Positions 24,701-37,683 of a stretch of 64,000 bases of DNA are shown here, one piece after another. The notes beneath the pieces are model-generated. The model made no database searches, had not been told where the DNA came from, and saw nothing but the letters and a program-made list of their open reading frames with translations. How positions within the stretch are numbered: the stretch's first letter is position 1; each line of letters starts with the position of its first letter. Source of the DNA: Octopus bimaculoides (taxonomy: Eukaryota); the NCBI RefSeq assembly GCF_001194135.2, contig NC_068984.1, positions 28,733,793-28,797,792 on the forward strand, read 5' to 3'. Made by a program: the position numbers and the translations under genes.

Positions 24701-26149
24701 CTGAAAGTCTTTGCTGCTAATATTCAAGTGAGAAAGAAGAATGATGAGACAAGACAACTGGATTATATATATATTACATATACAGATATGACATTTAAAG
24801 TGAAGTTATAATATGTTGTCTAGACTGGACACAAGAGAAAAGTTACAAAATGAGAGATGTGTGTCATAAGAAGCAATACTATGGACTGTTTGACTCCCAT
24901 TAATCATTTAGTATGCAGCTCAGATTGCTTTAATATCCAAAAATTTCAAATATAAAATTAGTTGGAGTTGCTATTTGGAGGGTTTCAACGTAATGTTCCC
25001 AGATAATAAAACATCCATACTGGAACACATTGCATAAAGTAATAAACTACACTATCATTGTTACCAAGCGAACATTATAGTAGTAGAGAGGAATGGTTAA
25101 CTCTTCAACCAGTAAAACTGGAACTGTATTGATTTAGCCTGTTGTGACTATAAAACCATGAAATATATTATATCTGGTTTAATTTCAGATAAATTATTTT
25201 GTATTCTTAAAGTACTTTAGATTTTTTTGATAGTTTTTACATCAATTTCATTTCTTTTACATCAAACCCATTCTTATAATGAAAAATATCTAAGCTCAGT
25301 AAATTAAGATTATTTTATTCTAAATTGTTTTAGAGATATATTAATTTGAAGAGAGAGAGAGAGTAGGGAGGGAGAGTGTGAGAGAATGTTTCTGTAACTT
25401 AGAGTATGATTACATAAGAGAGTATTTTTACAAGAGAAAAATAGTAAGAGTTTTATGAGACAGAAAGAGGTGTGTATGACAGACTGAGCTGGTGCTTATG
25501 TGTGCATGTGTGAAATAGTTTGAAGGAAAGGATATGTATGAGAAAGAGAGACTGTGTGTACAGGAAACAACGTGTGTAGGAATAGAGGAGTGTGTGTATG
25601 AGAAATAATACATGTGCATTTGAGTGAATGTTAAAGAGTGTGCGAGTGTATAGGAGAGAGAGAGAGATCATGTATATGAATTGCTTCATGTTCATCATGA
25701 AACAATGTGTTTTTGAGTGAATAAGAGCATGCAGGGATGTGTGTATGTGTATGAGTATATGTGTGTTTCAAATAGAATATGTATGTGTATTTGTGCTCTG
25801 CATGTATATGTATGCAAGATTTTGTTAAACAATAGTTATGGAAATTTTAAAAAGTGACTAAAAGGTCAAACTTTTAGCAAATTTATTTTTAGGAAATTAC
25901 AAAACTAACATATTTCCTTGCTCTTTTGGTTCACAAAAGCTTGTAATCTTTTGTTTCTTATGAAGCAAATGAAGTAATTTTATAAAGTCTTCTAAATATT
26001 TTGAGAACAGGATGTGTGAGGAATTCAATCTTATTAATATTTAAAATCTCATGTTAAATCAATTTTCTGTACAGCACTATGTGTAGTGAATACTTTCAGA
26101 TCTTCATTGTATAGAAGTTCTTTCAAGTAACTGTTTTACAGATGGATAT

Positions 26150-26296
26150 CCTAACCTATACAAATCACTTGATTACTGAACTGATAAAGAGGTGCTTATA
26201 TGCTCACTTAGCAAGCTAGAAATGGCAATTAAATCTCCCTCAAACACTTTGCCATCATAAATTAGGAAAAGATACATTGGATAATGTAGTCCTAGG
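26150..26296 (+). mobile_element. Interspersed repeat family D fragment (unclassified)
   Basis: gctagaaatggcaattaaatctccctcaaacac...tacattggataatgtagtcctag is homologous to segments at 41.4 kb and 44.3 kb. Confidence 0.65.
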
Positions 26297-26490
26297 TTTT
26301 AAGTCAGCCCAATCAAAGCAGAGTTGAGGTAAAATACAATTTAACTCCGTGTGTATTTTCAAATATTTCTATCAAGAAATCTTTACAGACAAACTGAAAA
26401 TAACTCACCACCTAAGGTAGAATAAACTTATTGTATTCTGTTAGTTCAAGCTACTTTATATTTTCAGAATGAAACTCAGAAAATGGGGTA

Positions 26491-26776
26491 CAGTAATCAC
26501 TTGTCATATCGTGGTTCACCTATCATGCCCTCAGTACTTAAGCATTTACACACCTAAAAATTAATAAATTAATAAAGATACAGTACAGTACTGCACAGTA
26601 TAACACACTTAAAATATATCAAAAGAAAATACATAATGTACCGTAGATGAGTAAACAAAGAATTGCACAGTGTGTGGTGTTGTTTTGCATTTATAATAAA
26701 AATAATAAAACATACAGTACAGTACTATCTTTATTTGTTTTGGAATGTAACAACCGTGATAATCGAAGGATTACTG
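26491..26776. mobile_element. Tigger/pogo-like (Tc1/mariner superfamily) MITE, 286 bp
   Basis: Imperfect TIRs: left cagtaatcacttgtcatatcgtggtt, right (reverse complement) cagtaatccttcgattatcacggtt. TA precedes the left end; the right flank is CA (mutated TA). Confidence 0.7.
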
Positions 26777-26779
26777 CAT

Positions 26780-26982
26780 ATCTTTTATCTTTTACTTGTT
26801 TCAGTCGTGGCCATGCTGGGGCACTGCCATGAAGAATTTTTGTCGGTTGAAATGACCCCAGTACATTTTTTTTTAAAGCCTGGTACTTATTCTATAGATC
26901 TCTTTTGTTGAACCACTAAGTTATGGGGGGCATAAATACACCAATTGTCAAGCAGTAGTGGGAGACAAATACAAACACACAC

Positions 26983-27056
<74 letters not shown>

Positions 27057-27195
27057 ACAATGGGCTTCATTCAGTTTCTGTCAACCAAATCCACTCACAA
27101 GGCTTTGGTCAGCCTGAGGCTATAGTATAAGACACATGCTGAAGGTGTCACACAGTGGGACTGAACCTAGAACCAGTTGGTCAGGAAGCGAGAGC
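26780..27195 (-). mobile_element. SINE family A, near full length with long internal (CA)/(TA) tract
   Basis: Tail at 26780-26960, internal microsatellite ~26970-27055, head at 27060-27195. Confidence 0.9.
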
Positions 27196-27410
27196 CATAG
27201 TCTCAGGGGACTAGTTACTTAGATACTGTAGCTTACACCCCTGACTCCCCAGAATGGAATGCCAGTCTGCCACAAGATTATTCATTTTTGCCAGCTGAGT
27301 GAACCTGAGCAATGTGAAGCTAAGTGTTTTCTCAAAAACACAATGTATTCCCACTGAACCATGTGTCCCCATACACACACATATACATACATGTATGTAC
27401 ACATATGCTT

Positions 27411-27812
27411 TATCTTTTATCCTTTACTTGCTTCAGTCATTAGACTGCAGCCATGCTGGGGCACCACCTAGAAAAAAATGTTTGTTGAATGAGTCAACCC
27501 CAGTACTTTGGTTTGCAATCCTGGTACTTATTCTATCAGTCTCTTTTGCCAAACTACTAAGTTGCAGGGATGTCAACACACCAGCATCAGTTGTCAAGTG
27601 ATGGTGGGGGACAGACACAAACATGCAGACACACACACATGCACATACACACAACAGGTTTCTTTCAGTTTTCATCTACCAAATCCACTCACAAGGCCTT
27701 GGTTGGCCCAAGGCTATAGTAGAGGACATTTGTCCTAGGTGCTATGCAGTGGGACTGAACCCAGAACCATATGGTTGGGGAGCAAGGTTCTTACCACACA
27801 GTCAATGCACAT
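27411..27812 (-). mobile_element. SINE family A, near full length
   Basis: Complete head-to-tail collinearity with 23085-23470 and 26780-27195. Confidence 0.9.
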
Positions 27813-27959
27813 ATGTGCTAAGGTGATGTAATTATAATTAGTAAGGAGATGTAATTAGTAGTTAACCGTGGAGGAAGCTGTTCTGAAAACAATAAGCCAG
27901 AGTAAAAGCAAGGTAAAAATCTTTCAGAGAATTATTACCTTTGCAAGTAACAAAGGAAT

Positions 27960-28425
27960 TATTTCACAATGTGAAAGGCAGGTTGTATAACACTTGTATA
28001 TAAAGTGTAATGTTGCAGGTAATGACACATGGATAGTGAATGTGCAGCGAAGGCAAAAAGTAGAAAGTAATGAGGCAAGTATGTTCCACTGGATGACTAA
28101 TGTACATGGACAACAGAGCATGAATATACTGAGAGAAGAAATGGAAATAAGTGGAATCAGATGCAGTGAACCAAAGAGAAGACTAAGCTGTTACAAACAT
28201 GAGATGCGTATGAAAGATTAAAGTTTTTGGAAGTAATGCCAAGTGACCCAAGTAGAAGGAATCTGTGGTAGAGAAAGATTAATAAGAATACAGGAAGAAT
28301 TTTCAAAAGCAGATCATAGGAGACAACCTCACAAAAAGAAATGAAAAAGACTGCAACAAGGGGCAAGACAGTGCAGAAAAGGACATTGCAAACAATGTAA
28401 TCATGGAAAACAGTTGTAATATGAA
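27960..28425 (+). mobile_element. RTE-clade LINE 3' end (short 3' UTR type)
   Basis: Translates to RRQKVESNEASMFHWMTNVHGQQSMNILREEMEISGIRCS..KRRL..Y.H.MRM, then VEGICGR.R. Ends in a degraded ...aatcatggaaaacagttgtaatatg tail. Confidence 0.8.
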
Positions 28426-28511
28426 GATCTTTCTCTCCCCCATGACACATGCGTATGTGTGTGTGTGTGTGTGTGTGTGCATACGTGGGTGTGCGTGCAT
28501 GTGTGTGCATT

Positions 28512-28512
28512 A

Positions 28513-28544
<32 letters not shown>
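28512..28544. repeat. (ATT)n microsatellite
   Basis: Tandem att/atc units. Confidence 0.9.
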
Positions 28545-28546
<2 letters not shown>

Positions 28547-31500
28547 AATGAAATGAAACAAGGGGCGTAACACAACACTTATTAATATTGAATTGAAGAA
28601 TGACAAAATATCAACAGTGGGACTTGAACAATTATTAATTATTTAATTCATGTCTTAATCACACAACAACCATAATTGATCATATTTGAAAGTCATATGT
28701 AGTATTAAAAGCAGAGAAAATTATTCATATCTTGTGATTCGATGCCAATAGCAAAGCATTCAGTTCTACTTAGAAAGGCCTTTCAAGAATGACATAGTAG
28801 CTCGAACGAGGTGAATAAGAAAATGTTTATTGAAAAATATGTTTCATGAATGATGGATAACAATGAATACACAGAGACACACGCATATATAAAATAACAG
28901 TATACATGAGTGCAAAAGTCTGTACAATATGTAAATGCATATATTTTAAAATATAAGCCAATATGGAGAAACAGATGTTGTGCAATTTCTATTTTTGCAA
29001 ATGCTACTGGTAATGACATAAACGCTATTGGTGATGAAACATTATTTAATTCCACTTCTATTAACACAATTTATGAGAAAAGAAATATTGATTCTAAAGT
29101 TATTCTAAATGACACAAAAACAGAATAAATGCATAAATAAAAATCACAAATGAAACCAATAATTTTTTATATAAAATAATCAATTAAAGAAAGAAAGAAT
29201 TTAAGAATTGTTGAAAAGAAAATGAAAATAAAGTAAGAATTAAATAAAAGGAAAGAAAAGGAGGTTGATACAGAATAGGAATTGAACATCTATATCTAAT
29301 ACCCTGAAATAAAATAAATATTAGAAAACAGCGAAAGAAAAATGACAAACAGTTAGAAAAATAAAAACTCAATAATTCTCTAAAAAAAATATACACATTG
29401 ATATACAGAGCAAATAAATTGGAAATCTTAATTGAATTTGTTCAGGTTTGTAAACTTTCAGCAACTGGTCATTCATCTTAAAATGTTCTTTGTGCTATGA
29501 TGACTTGAAACTTAATGCAGAATAGCATTCTTTTCACAGGATATCACGACAGACTCTTCAATGCATACAGGAAAATACAGTCCTGTTTATGATTGTCAAT
29601 GCATACAGAGGCAATCAGACACACATACAGGGAAACAGATAGACTCAGTAGCACAGTCTTTCATAAAACACAACTCAGAGATACACATATAAACAATTCA
29701 CAACAACAACCACAACGATGATGATGATGATGATGATGTTATTATTCACATACAATTAATTAGTGTCTATGCTGATTAATCAATAATAATCCATACCTGT
29801 TTTCTATTATTATAAAAATTGCATGCAACTTGCTTTTGGTTAATTTTGTGCCTTATTAATTCACTAGAATCTAAGGGCAATTTTTCATTCCAGTAAATCA
29901 AATTAGTCTAGAAATATTTAATTTACAATTAATTATATTGCTATCTCTCTCATTCTTTCTCCCTCTCTGCTAAAGAAAAAATAATTTGGGAAGTTTACTA
30001 CAAATTCTTGAATTTATTCAGTTAGCTTTTGTTGAAAAGGAAGCCTTGTTGTCAACATACAAATTATAACTCAGTTATAATCTTTGGTGCAGTAGCTGAG
30101 TAGTTAACTAGCCAGATTAATAGTCCAAAACTGACAATTAAAATCCTATCACTGGCAACATTTTTTTATCAAAGCAAAAATGTTTTTCACTCATGTTAAT
30201 TTCAGTGTATGAATGCCATACTTACTATAAACAGAGAAATCCTTCATAGCATATTAGATTATTGAAGATACTGGATATTTATGAAACTGATGGTTTATGA
30301 AAGAAGTTTATGATTTTGTTTTTTTACTACTTTTTTTAAGGGATAAAATTGCAAAAAATACTAACAAAAACATAAAAACCATATCGGAGCTCACAACTCT
30401 AAGCTCAGCTAATATAATAACCTTGTTAAACACTCCATAGCATGACTCACACTCTATGCACAATGCAGGCAAAGCATACTCAAAACAACCATCATCCAAT
30501 AAAAGAACACAACTCACATTACATGTAATCTACTCAAAATAACACATTTTTGCACATAATCAGCAACTAATACCAAAATACATCCCACAAGCCACACACA
30601 AACGATATTCCCAATAACGTAAGGCAACACAACCCACAGAGAACATACACTATGCAGTAACCCCAATCAGTAAAACACATAACACAACTTGTACAGTACA
30701 CACAAAACACAATTAGCAGCTGATAGAATAAGAACAGCCTGCAATGTACATAGTTGGCACGACAGATAAAACACTAAAGTAACATCGTAAACAACAAAAC
30801 AAATTCCATAACAGAGCATAACTGTACTAACACACGTATACACTCCACTCTAAACAATGCAGCCTACACAACAGGAAAACAGAGGTGTATTTGGTGATAC
30901 AATGAAAACATGGAAGAGGCTGTTGGAAACAGTGATAATAACAATTTCCACTACTTTATGATTGCTGAACAAATTCATTTATTGCCAGTCAAAGCATATA
31001 AAACAGTAACTCAGAGAGAAGTTTTTCTCTTTTCAACCAAAATGTACTTCAAGTTCCATCAAACACTACCTCTGTACATAGCTCATATGAGGTCCACAAT
31101 GAAGAATAAAGTGCTGCTCTCATATCTGGAAAATTGCTGCTGTCCCACACACAGAAATTGTATATGCAGTATCTTCTCCCTACTTTTTCTACGACTACTA
31201 CCATGGCCTATGTTCCTTAGAACTAGCTCCTTTCATAGCATTGCCAATTAATCACACCAGCCTGGCTCTTGTTCCCTCTTCTGATCACTATTTCACTAAA
31301 ATTTCCTTTTCTGCTATGCGTTACTGCAATATGCCAACCTTTAATGATGCAAGCGCAACCTTAACAATGCAACTATATCTCATCAGTACTTCTAATATGA
31401 AAAAGCTGCTACAGGTGATAAGTCACGCCCTTCCTTCACACAAAATGACAAAATACAATTTCAATATATAATTTCAAATGAGCTTCTAAACTTAAAGAGA

Positions 31501-32574
31501 TTAATGGGTTGTCTCAGAAGAGTACTAAGTATTTATACATGACATTTAATAGCTATTTTGGTAAATTGAAAGTCATTTATTTGAACAAAGCTTTGTTGGA
31601 AATGAAGAATATAAACCAATGATTATTTCCCCTTTCAGCGTTGTCAACTATTCTCAGTAATCAGCTATAGTTTCATTTCAATGAATGCATCAATAACCAC
31701 CAATCCTCTTTTCTTCAACTAGGCCAAGTACTAAAATGATAAATGACTTTGAAACTTTGAAATGTTCCATTAGTTCAGCAATAATATTCAGGTCACTGAT
31801 CTGTATAAGACAACAAATATTAGATCTTGGATATTTTGTGGAATTGTCAATTGCAAGAAAGACATCAAACTATTTAAAATTTCACAATTGTCTTAATGTC
31901 ATGAAGAATGGTAATTGATTTAATTTAGTTAAACTGATTTATTTCAGTCAGAATGAGGAAAGCAGATTGTCTTTCTTTTAAAACAATTTCCCAACTTAAA
32001 TATATTAACTATATGGAATTCTTACTTTGTGGTTGATTGGCTGTCATCAGAAAGAGGATGGAACTCTAAAATGGCTAGACTAGGAAGAAATTGTGAAAGT
32101 CAATATTCATGAAAACTCACTTCCATGCATGACAGAAAAAGTATTACTTTCATTCTTCTTATCATAGTGGCCACATTTTTCATACACAATGTCATCATAT
32201 TACCATCTATGTTTTATCCACAGAAGAACATCAATTCATAGCCATATTTTATTTATATCTTATTTGTGTGGCCTAAATTGTCTAGTCTACCTAACAACTT
32301 CTCTAACTTTCTTTGATCTTCTATGACTTATTATTTTATGGAAACACACACACACATGCATTTATATAGTGACCTTCTGAGTTACCAGCTATCTAAATAC
32401 AGATGGTAAGTCAAAACATTGAAATCACTGTCAGTCTTTTCCTTGTAAAAAATAATATATAGTTTACTTAAAAGTGTTGAGTGATCCATCAGTTTAACAT
32501 TAAATTGTATCTATATATATAACATTACAGAAACATTAGTGTGTGTGTGTGTTGTATGTGCAACACAGACCTGA

Positions 32575-33270
32575 TATTTTCCCTTGCCTGAGCTTCAAAA
32601 ACAGCATCAAAAGCAAAATCTGACCATCACTGACCTAACAATACCTTTGACCTCATCAGTTGGGACAATCTGTTTAGGATTTTCCTATTCCTTTTTGTTT
32701 ACTACTTAAGCTGCTATGCATCATAAAACCTTTTCCATGATGGCCTAATGACCACTGTGCAATATGCAAAGTCTATGTCCAAAGAATTTTAAATGAAAAA
32801 GCAGTGTTAAATAAGGCTGTGTCTTCATGCCAAAACTTCTTGGTGTCTCTGTGCAACACCTGAAGCTTGCACTTGTGTTCTCGTGCAATAGTGTCTACTT
32901 ATCTGAGGTAGAAACTATAAGAGAGGTAGACACTATCAAAGAGGACTAATGACCTGCTCCGTAATGTATAAAGACTAAAGGTTAAAAATAAGATAAGGTA
33001 ACTTCCATCAGAGAAATAGTGTTTCCTGATAATGCAATTATCACCTCTAACTTTGCAACCTATTTGGTCTCATGTAGTCTCAAGAAAACCTAAATCAAGG
33101 ACAAGGCGCAAAGGTATGGATTCAGATGTGGCACAAGGGTTTCAGTATTTAGGGCCACAAACTACCTTACCCTATATGCAGAACTCAAGAAGCACATTGG
33201 CAAAACAACTACTACTCTCTCGAAACATTAAGAAAGTATGGGTAATAAACAACTCAGAATCTTTAAAATG
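32575..33270 (+). mobile_element. RTE/BovB-type LINE reverse-transcriptase fragment (pseudogenised)
   Basis: With stops and frameshifts: ELQKQHQ.QNL...DLT..FDLISWDNL...FHDGLM.TVQ...GCVFMPKL...IVFPDNAII (YADD-box equivalent)...FQYLG...AELKKHIGK. Confidence 0.75.
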
Positions 33271-35201
33271 TATGACACTATATGACATATGTTTCATATG
33301 AACACAATCTTCATGTATTTACAGTTGAAGTGTATGCACAGAATCCTTAAGTATCAAATAGGTAATTGATAAGATGCATAAATAAATGCATACATGTGTG
33401 TATATATGTATGCATATGTGTATATGTATGCATATGTGTATATACACACATATATCTGCATACATTCATGTAAATTCATCTTCTCCTTTTTCATGCATAC
33501 TTTTCCATGCTTACTTGAGGCAGATTTTCTACAGTCAGATGTTCTTTCCGCCACTAACTCTCACTTGCTTTCCAAGCCAATCTAGTCCTTGGAACATGAA
33601 CAGCTGAATGGCCCAAAATATCTTCATAGAAGATTGCAAACAACTGACACTGCTTCTATGATAGTGAACATATGATGTAGAGCAAACTCAAACATACATA
33701 CTCAAACACATACAAGGACTGCACTTGTTCTCATGAGTGCATACACATGCACCACACCATACGTGTCATGCACCTTCATATATGTTTAGTTACTCATGTC
33801 TTTGCATCACTTATGCAAATAAGTAAAAAAATATGTGACCAAGAATAAGTGGAAAATATAGTGCATAGATGCATAAGTAAATGGATAAATAATAGAATGT
33901 ATAAATATATATATATATATATATATATAAATGGGTGAATAGATTAACAAATAAAAGAATATGACTGCAAACAAGCTATGAAATAAAGAGAAACGTATGA
34001 AAGAGGCATCAGTCAATGAAATCAGAAAGATTTACATATTTGCAAGTCCTATATATTCTATGAAGGAACAAAGATGTAGATCATGCCCCAAGATAGGCTG
34101 TTATTATTGAGTGGACAGTGATGAGTGCTGGTGAAGTTGCAAGATGTCATAAAAGTATGATCATTGTTTACACAAAGAACTATTTTTTGCATTCTCAAAC
34201 ATACGAGTTGTAAACATTTCTATCTCTCTGATTTCACCAACCAGTTACTTGTTCATTGCTTTATCTTCATTTCTTAACCTATTTGCATCCATATTCAATT
34301 ATTTATTCATCTAATCACTCATTCATTTATTGTCGCATTTATTTTACGTGGCTTTATCGTTCACCCATTTAATTATCATAGCATCTATTCAATTGTTTAC
34401 TTGTTAACCTATATATTTATTTACTTGTTTCATTCATTTACATAACATGAAAGTATTCATGCATATTTGCTAACTATTCTTGGTTACCTCTTCTCTACTT
34501 TGGTGATTTGAGGATGTGAACTAGAATACATATGTTGGAAGCATGTTCTTAACCATACATGTTGTAAACATGATAGTGTATGTAATACAAACTTGGTGCA
34601 TATGCATGGGTACATATACATGTTGAAGCATGTGCAAGTTCATCCACATGTGTGTGAACATCTTAACTTCTGAATGGCACTTTATATATACTTATATATA
34701 GTGTAGTCTAGAATTTAAATTGCATGATGTATATCTAGCACTCCATGAGTAATCTCATGTCTGAAGGGAAAGAGTTTTGAGAGCTTGTGCTATAGTCTAG
34801 GCACTATTTGGTTAGAGTTTATACTTGGGTATGCCATAGAGTACATACAGAAAACAAAACAAAATAGCTATGGTTAATAAAATATTACGTTACTTCATCT
34901 TCTATATGTTTCATTAATAAAGAATTATTAGTTATATAATATAAATTATATAACTAAATTTCATTGTGAAATCTTATGTTGTCTGCTTATGTCTGCTTAT
35001 TCAGTGATGGCATTATATGTGTATATAAGTACATATGTATATATATATATATGGTTGGGAACCAAGCCTGAGTCATAGGGAGGGTGAGAAGTGTGGATAC
35101 AAAGTGTGGAGAAAGCAGCAAGGTAAGTCTGACAGGCACACATACTCACATCATATCACATTTACTAAAACACTCCCTTTATTTCCTATTATATTAAACA
35201 T

Positions 35202-35214
<13 letters not shown>

Positions 35215-35282
<68 letters not shown>
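35215..35282. repeat. (TA)n microsatellite
   Basis: Long TA run. Similar runs are at 154-184, 10452-10500, 18297-18336, 22836-22864, 27005-27053, 49065-49092 and 60686-60739. Confidence 0.95.
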
Positions 35283-35284
<2 letters not shown>

Positions 35285-35286
<2 letters not shown>

Positions 35287-35460
35287 AATAAAAAGCACCC
35301 ATCACAGTCTGTAAATTGGTTCCAGCCATAGAAACCATGCCAAAACACAACTGGAGCCTGGACAACTCTCCAGTTGGCCAGCTCCTCTCAAACCATCCAT
35401 CCTATGTCAGCATGGAAAATGGACATTAACAATGATGATGAGGATGATGATAATGATGAT
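35285..35460 (+). mobile_element. RTE 3' tail fragment ending (GAT)n
   Basis: aaaaagcaccc...ccagccatagaaaccatgccaaaac...tgtcagcatggaaaatggacattaacaatgatgatgaggatgatg. Confidence 0.8.
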
Positions 35461-35500
35461 ACAAGTGCCCACCCCCCACCCACCACACACATATATATAT

Positions 35501-35754
35501 AAGATGGAGGTGGAAATAGCACAGAAGTAAGCCTAAGACATTTCAATTTAAGAGACATGTTCTTGAACTCCAGACAGCAGATAAACAGTTTTAACTTCAA
35601 ATTTTTATAAATTTTTACTGATATTTGATAAAATGAGATTCATCATAACTGGTAATATTTATTTTATATAAGGTTTTAAAATATTTTTTTTTAAAATTCC
35701 CTCTGAAATTGAAATGTTTTAGACTTACTTCCATGCTATTTCCACCTCCATCTT
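35501..35754. mobile_element. MITE-like element with 54-bp terminal inverted repeats
   Basis: 35501-35554 aligns to the reverse complement of 35701-35754 at 49/54 identical positions. AT-rich 146-bp interior and TA-rich flanks. Superfamily not determined. Confidence 0.75.
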
Positions 35755-35865
35755 TTATACATAAAAAAAATTTGATTCTTATAGATCTCTAATCTTTTTT
35801 CAGCTTTTTTACGCACATACACATACATACACATATATACACACATGCATATACACATGCACACA

Positions 35866-36130
35866 CATCATCATCATCATCATTTTATGTATGCTTTCCA
35901 TATGCTGGCATGGATTAGATGGAGCAACAGGATTTAGCATGTAGGAAGTCAATGTCTTGCTCCAATGACCCAGTTTTGGTATGGTTATTATGGACAGATG
36001 CCCTTCATAACACCAGCTACTCACTAGAGTGTACTGGGTGAAATACTTTGTGGCACCAGCACTACATATGTTGTCCTGTCTTCAGTAAAGCTAAAGAGTA
36101 TTGCTCATGGAGTACTTGTTTCATGGTATC
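35866..36130 (-). mobile_element. RTE 3' tail fragment ending (GAT)n, minus strand
   Basis: catcatcatcatcatcatttta...ccatatgctggcatgg...gatgcccttcataacaccagc...tttgtggcacc. Confidence 0.8.
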
Positions 36131-37421
36131 AATACTAGTGGGATTACCTTGTAACTTATGAAACTAAAAGGCTTCATAGCTGACAGAACAGAAGCTGGAA
36201 GGAACAGATTTAGAGTTGTTATAGGATGGTAGCAGAAGAGACAGTAAGAGGAAGGGGAACTGGAAAGGGAAAGAAAAGTGCTCAGGGTTAGTGTACAAGA
36301 AGTGAACAGAGTGGTAAGGATAATGGAGAGGGTTGAGTAGGCTTGTCTCAGTGCCCTTCCATGTGATATGTACCATTATCCTTATTTTACATCTACTTTC
36401 TGTTTTTCTATGCAGAGTAAAGTTACAGCCCTCACAGGTGTTGTGAAAGAGTATATATGAAAGAGGCAACGTAGTTATGTTTCCATATGTGGACTATTGT
36501 TAATATGTGACTTATCTCAAGTGACCTATTTTTGGATTCATCATCATCCTCATCATCGATTAACATCTGTTTTCTGCATTGTTATTATTAATGACCCAAA
36601 AGAATTTTTCACAATATGGTTACATAACTGGGATAATCTTTATCATTATCTAAAGAAGTATACTGGACATATTTAAAACTTCTCTACTTTGAAATAGGTT
36701 CCATAATGTCATCATAATAAGCTGCTGATGATGAAAAAGAATGGTTGGTGAGCTCATTTTCACAAGATGAGAAAAATGCATCTGCAGGTTGTGATGAAGA
36801 GAATATATATTTAGTGTGCATGTGTGTTTGCATGCAGGTATGCATTCATGCAAGCTTATACAACTAAACACACAACCTGTTTACATAGGGAAGATGGATT
36901 TCAATGAAATAGCATATGACACTTTGGAATATTTTGCCAAAATTACTCAATGGAACTTTGCTGTTGTATTCAGTAAACATAAGTAAATGTGTATGAATAC
37001 GCATATTTCCTTTAGGCAAATTACTTGACACTCATCAATAGTTTGCTGGTTTTAAAGTAGATGTTGCACAAGGGCAATTCTGTATTCATTTTGGTATTTA
37101 GTAGTAAGAGAATAAAGAAGCTCAAAAATACATTCCTCAACAAATGAAACCTTCAACAACTTGGTTTGACATTGTCTTGAACAAAAAGAAAAAACAGTAA
37201 ATCAGCACATGTTATGGAATAAATAGCATAATTAGTTTAATCCGTTTAGAAATGACTTGTTTCATCCTTCTTCTTAAGTATTATTATCATAAAAAAAAAT
37301 TTAATTCACTACGAACTGTTTGGTATGAACTTGCTAACCAACACACTGCAAACTCTGACTCACAAATGCACCTCTTCACCCTGTTTCTTTCTGGTTGGTC
37401 TTGTGCTGCCACCACCTAGAC

Positions 37422-37683
37422 CAGTGTTTCTCAACCTTTTGTTTTTACCTATGGACACCATTGATTCGTATTTTACTTTGATGGACCCCCATAGCCATTT
37501 GCTATTTAAAAAAAAAATCATAACATATCTTTATAATTTAATACTATTAGGAATTGTATTAAGAAATTATTAAATTATTTTGTGTATTGTAGAAGTATAA
37601 CCAATATATTGCCGATAAATTTTAACAACAAAATCTTATGTGGGACCCGCAAGGTCCATATGGACCCTGGTTGAGAACCACTG
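37422..37683. mobile_element. hAT (Charlie-type) MITE, 262 bp, with intact 8-bp TSD
   Basis: TIRs cagtgtttctcaacc / ggttgagaaccactg (14/15). The perfect 8-bp duplication acctagac at 37414-37421 and 37684-37691 has the CTAG core typical of Charlie elements. Confidence 0.92.

Noticed and set aside
35035-35348. ORFs with IYIYIY or HTHTHT runs here and elsewhere
   Set aside because: They are translations of (TA)n and (CA)n microsatellites.
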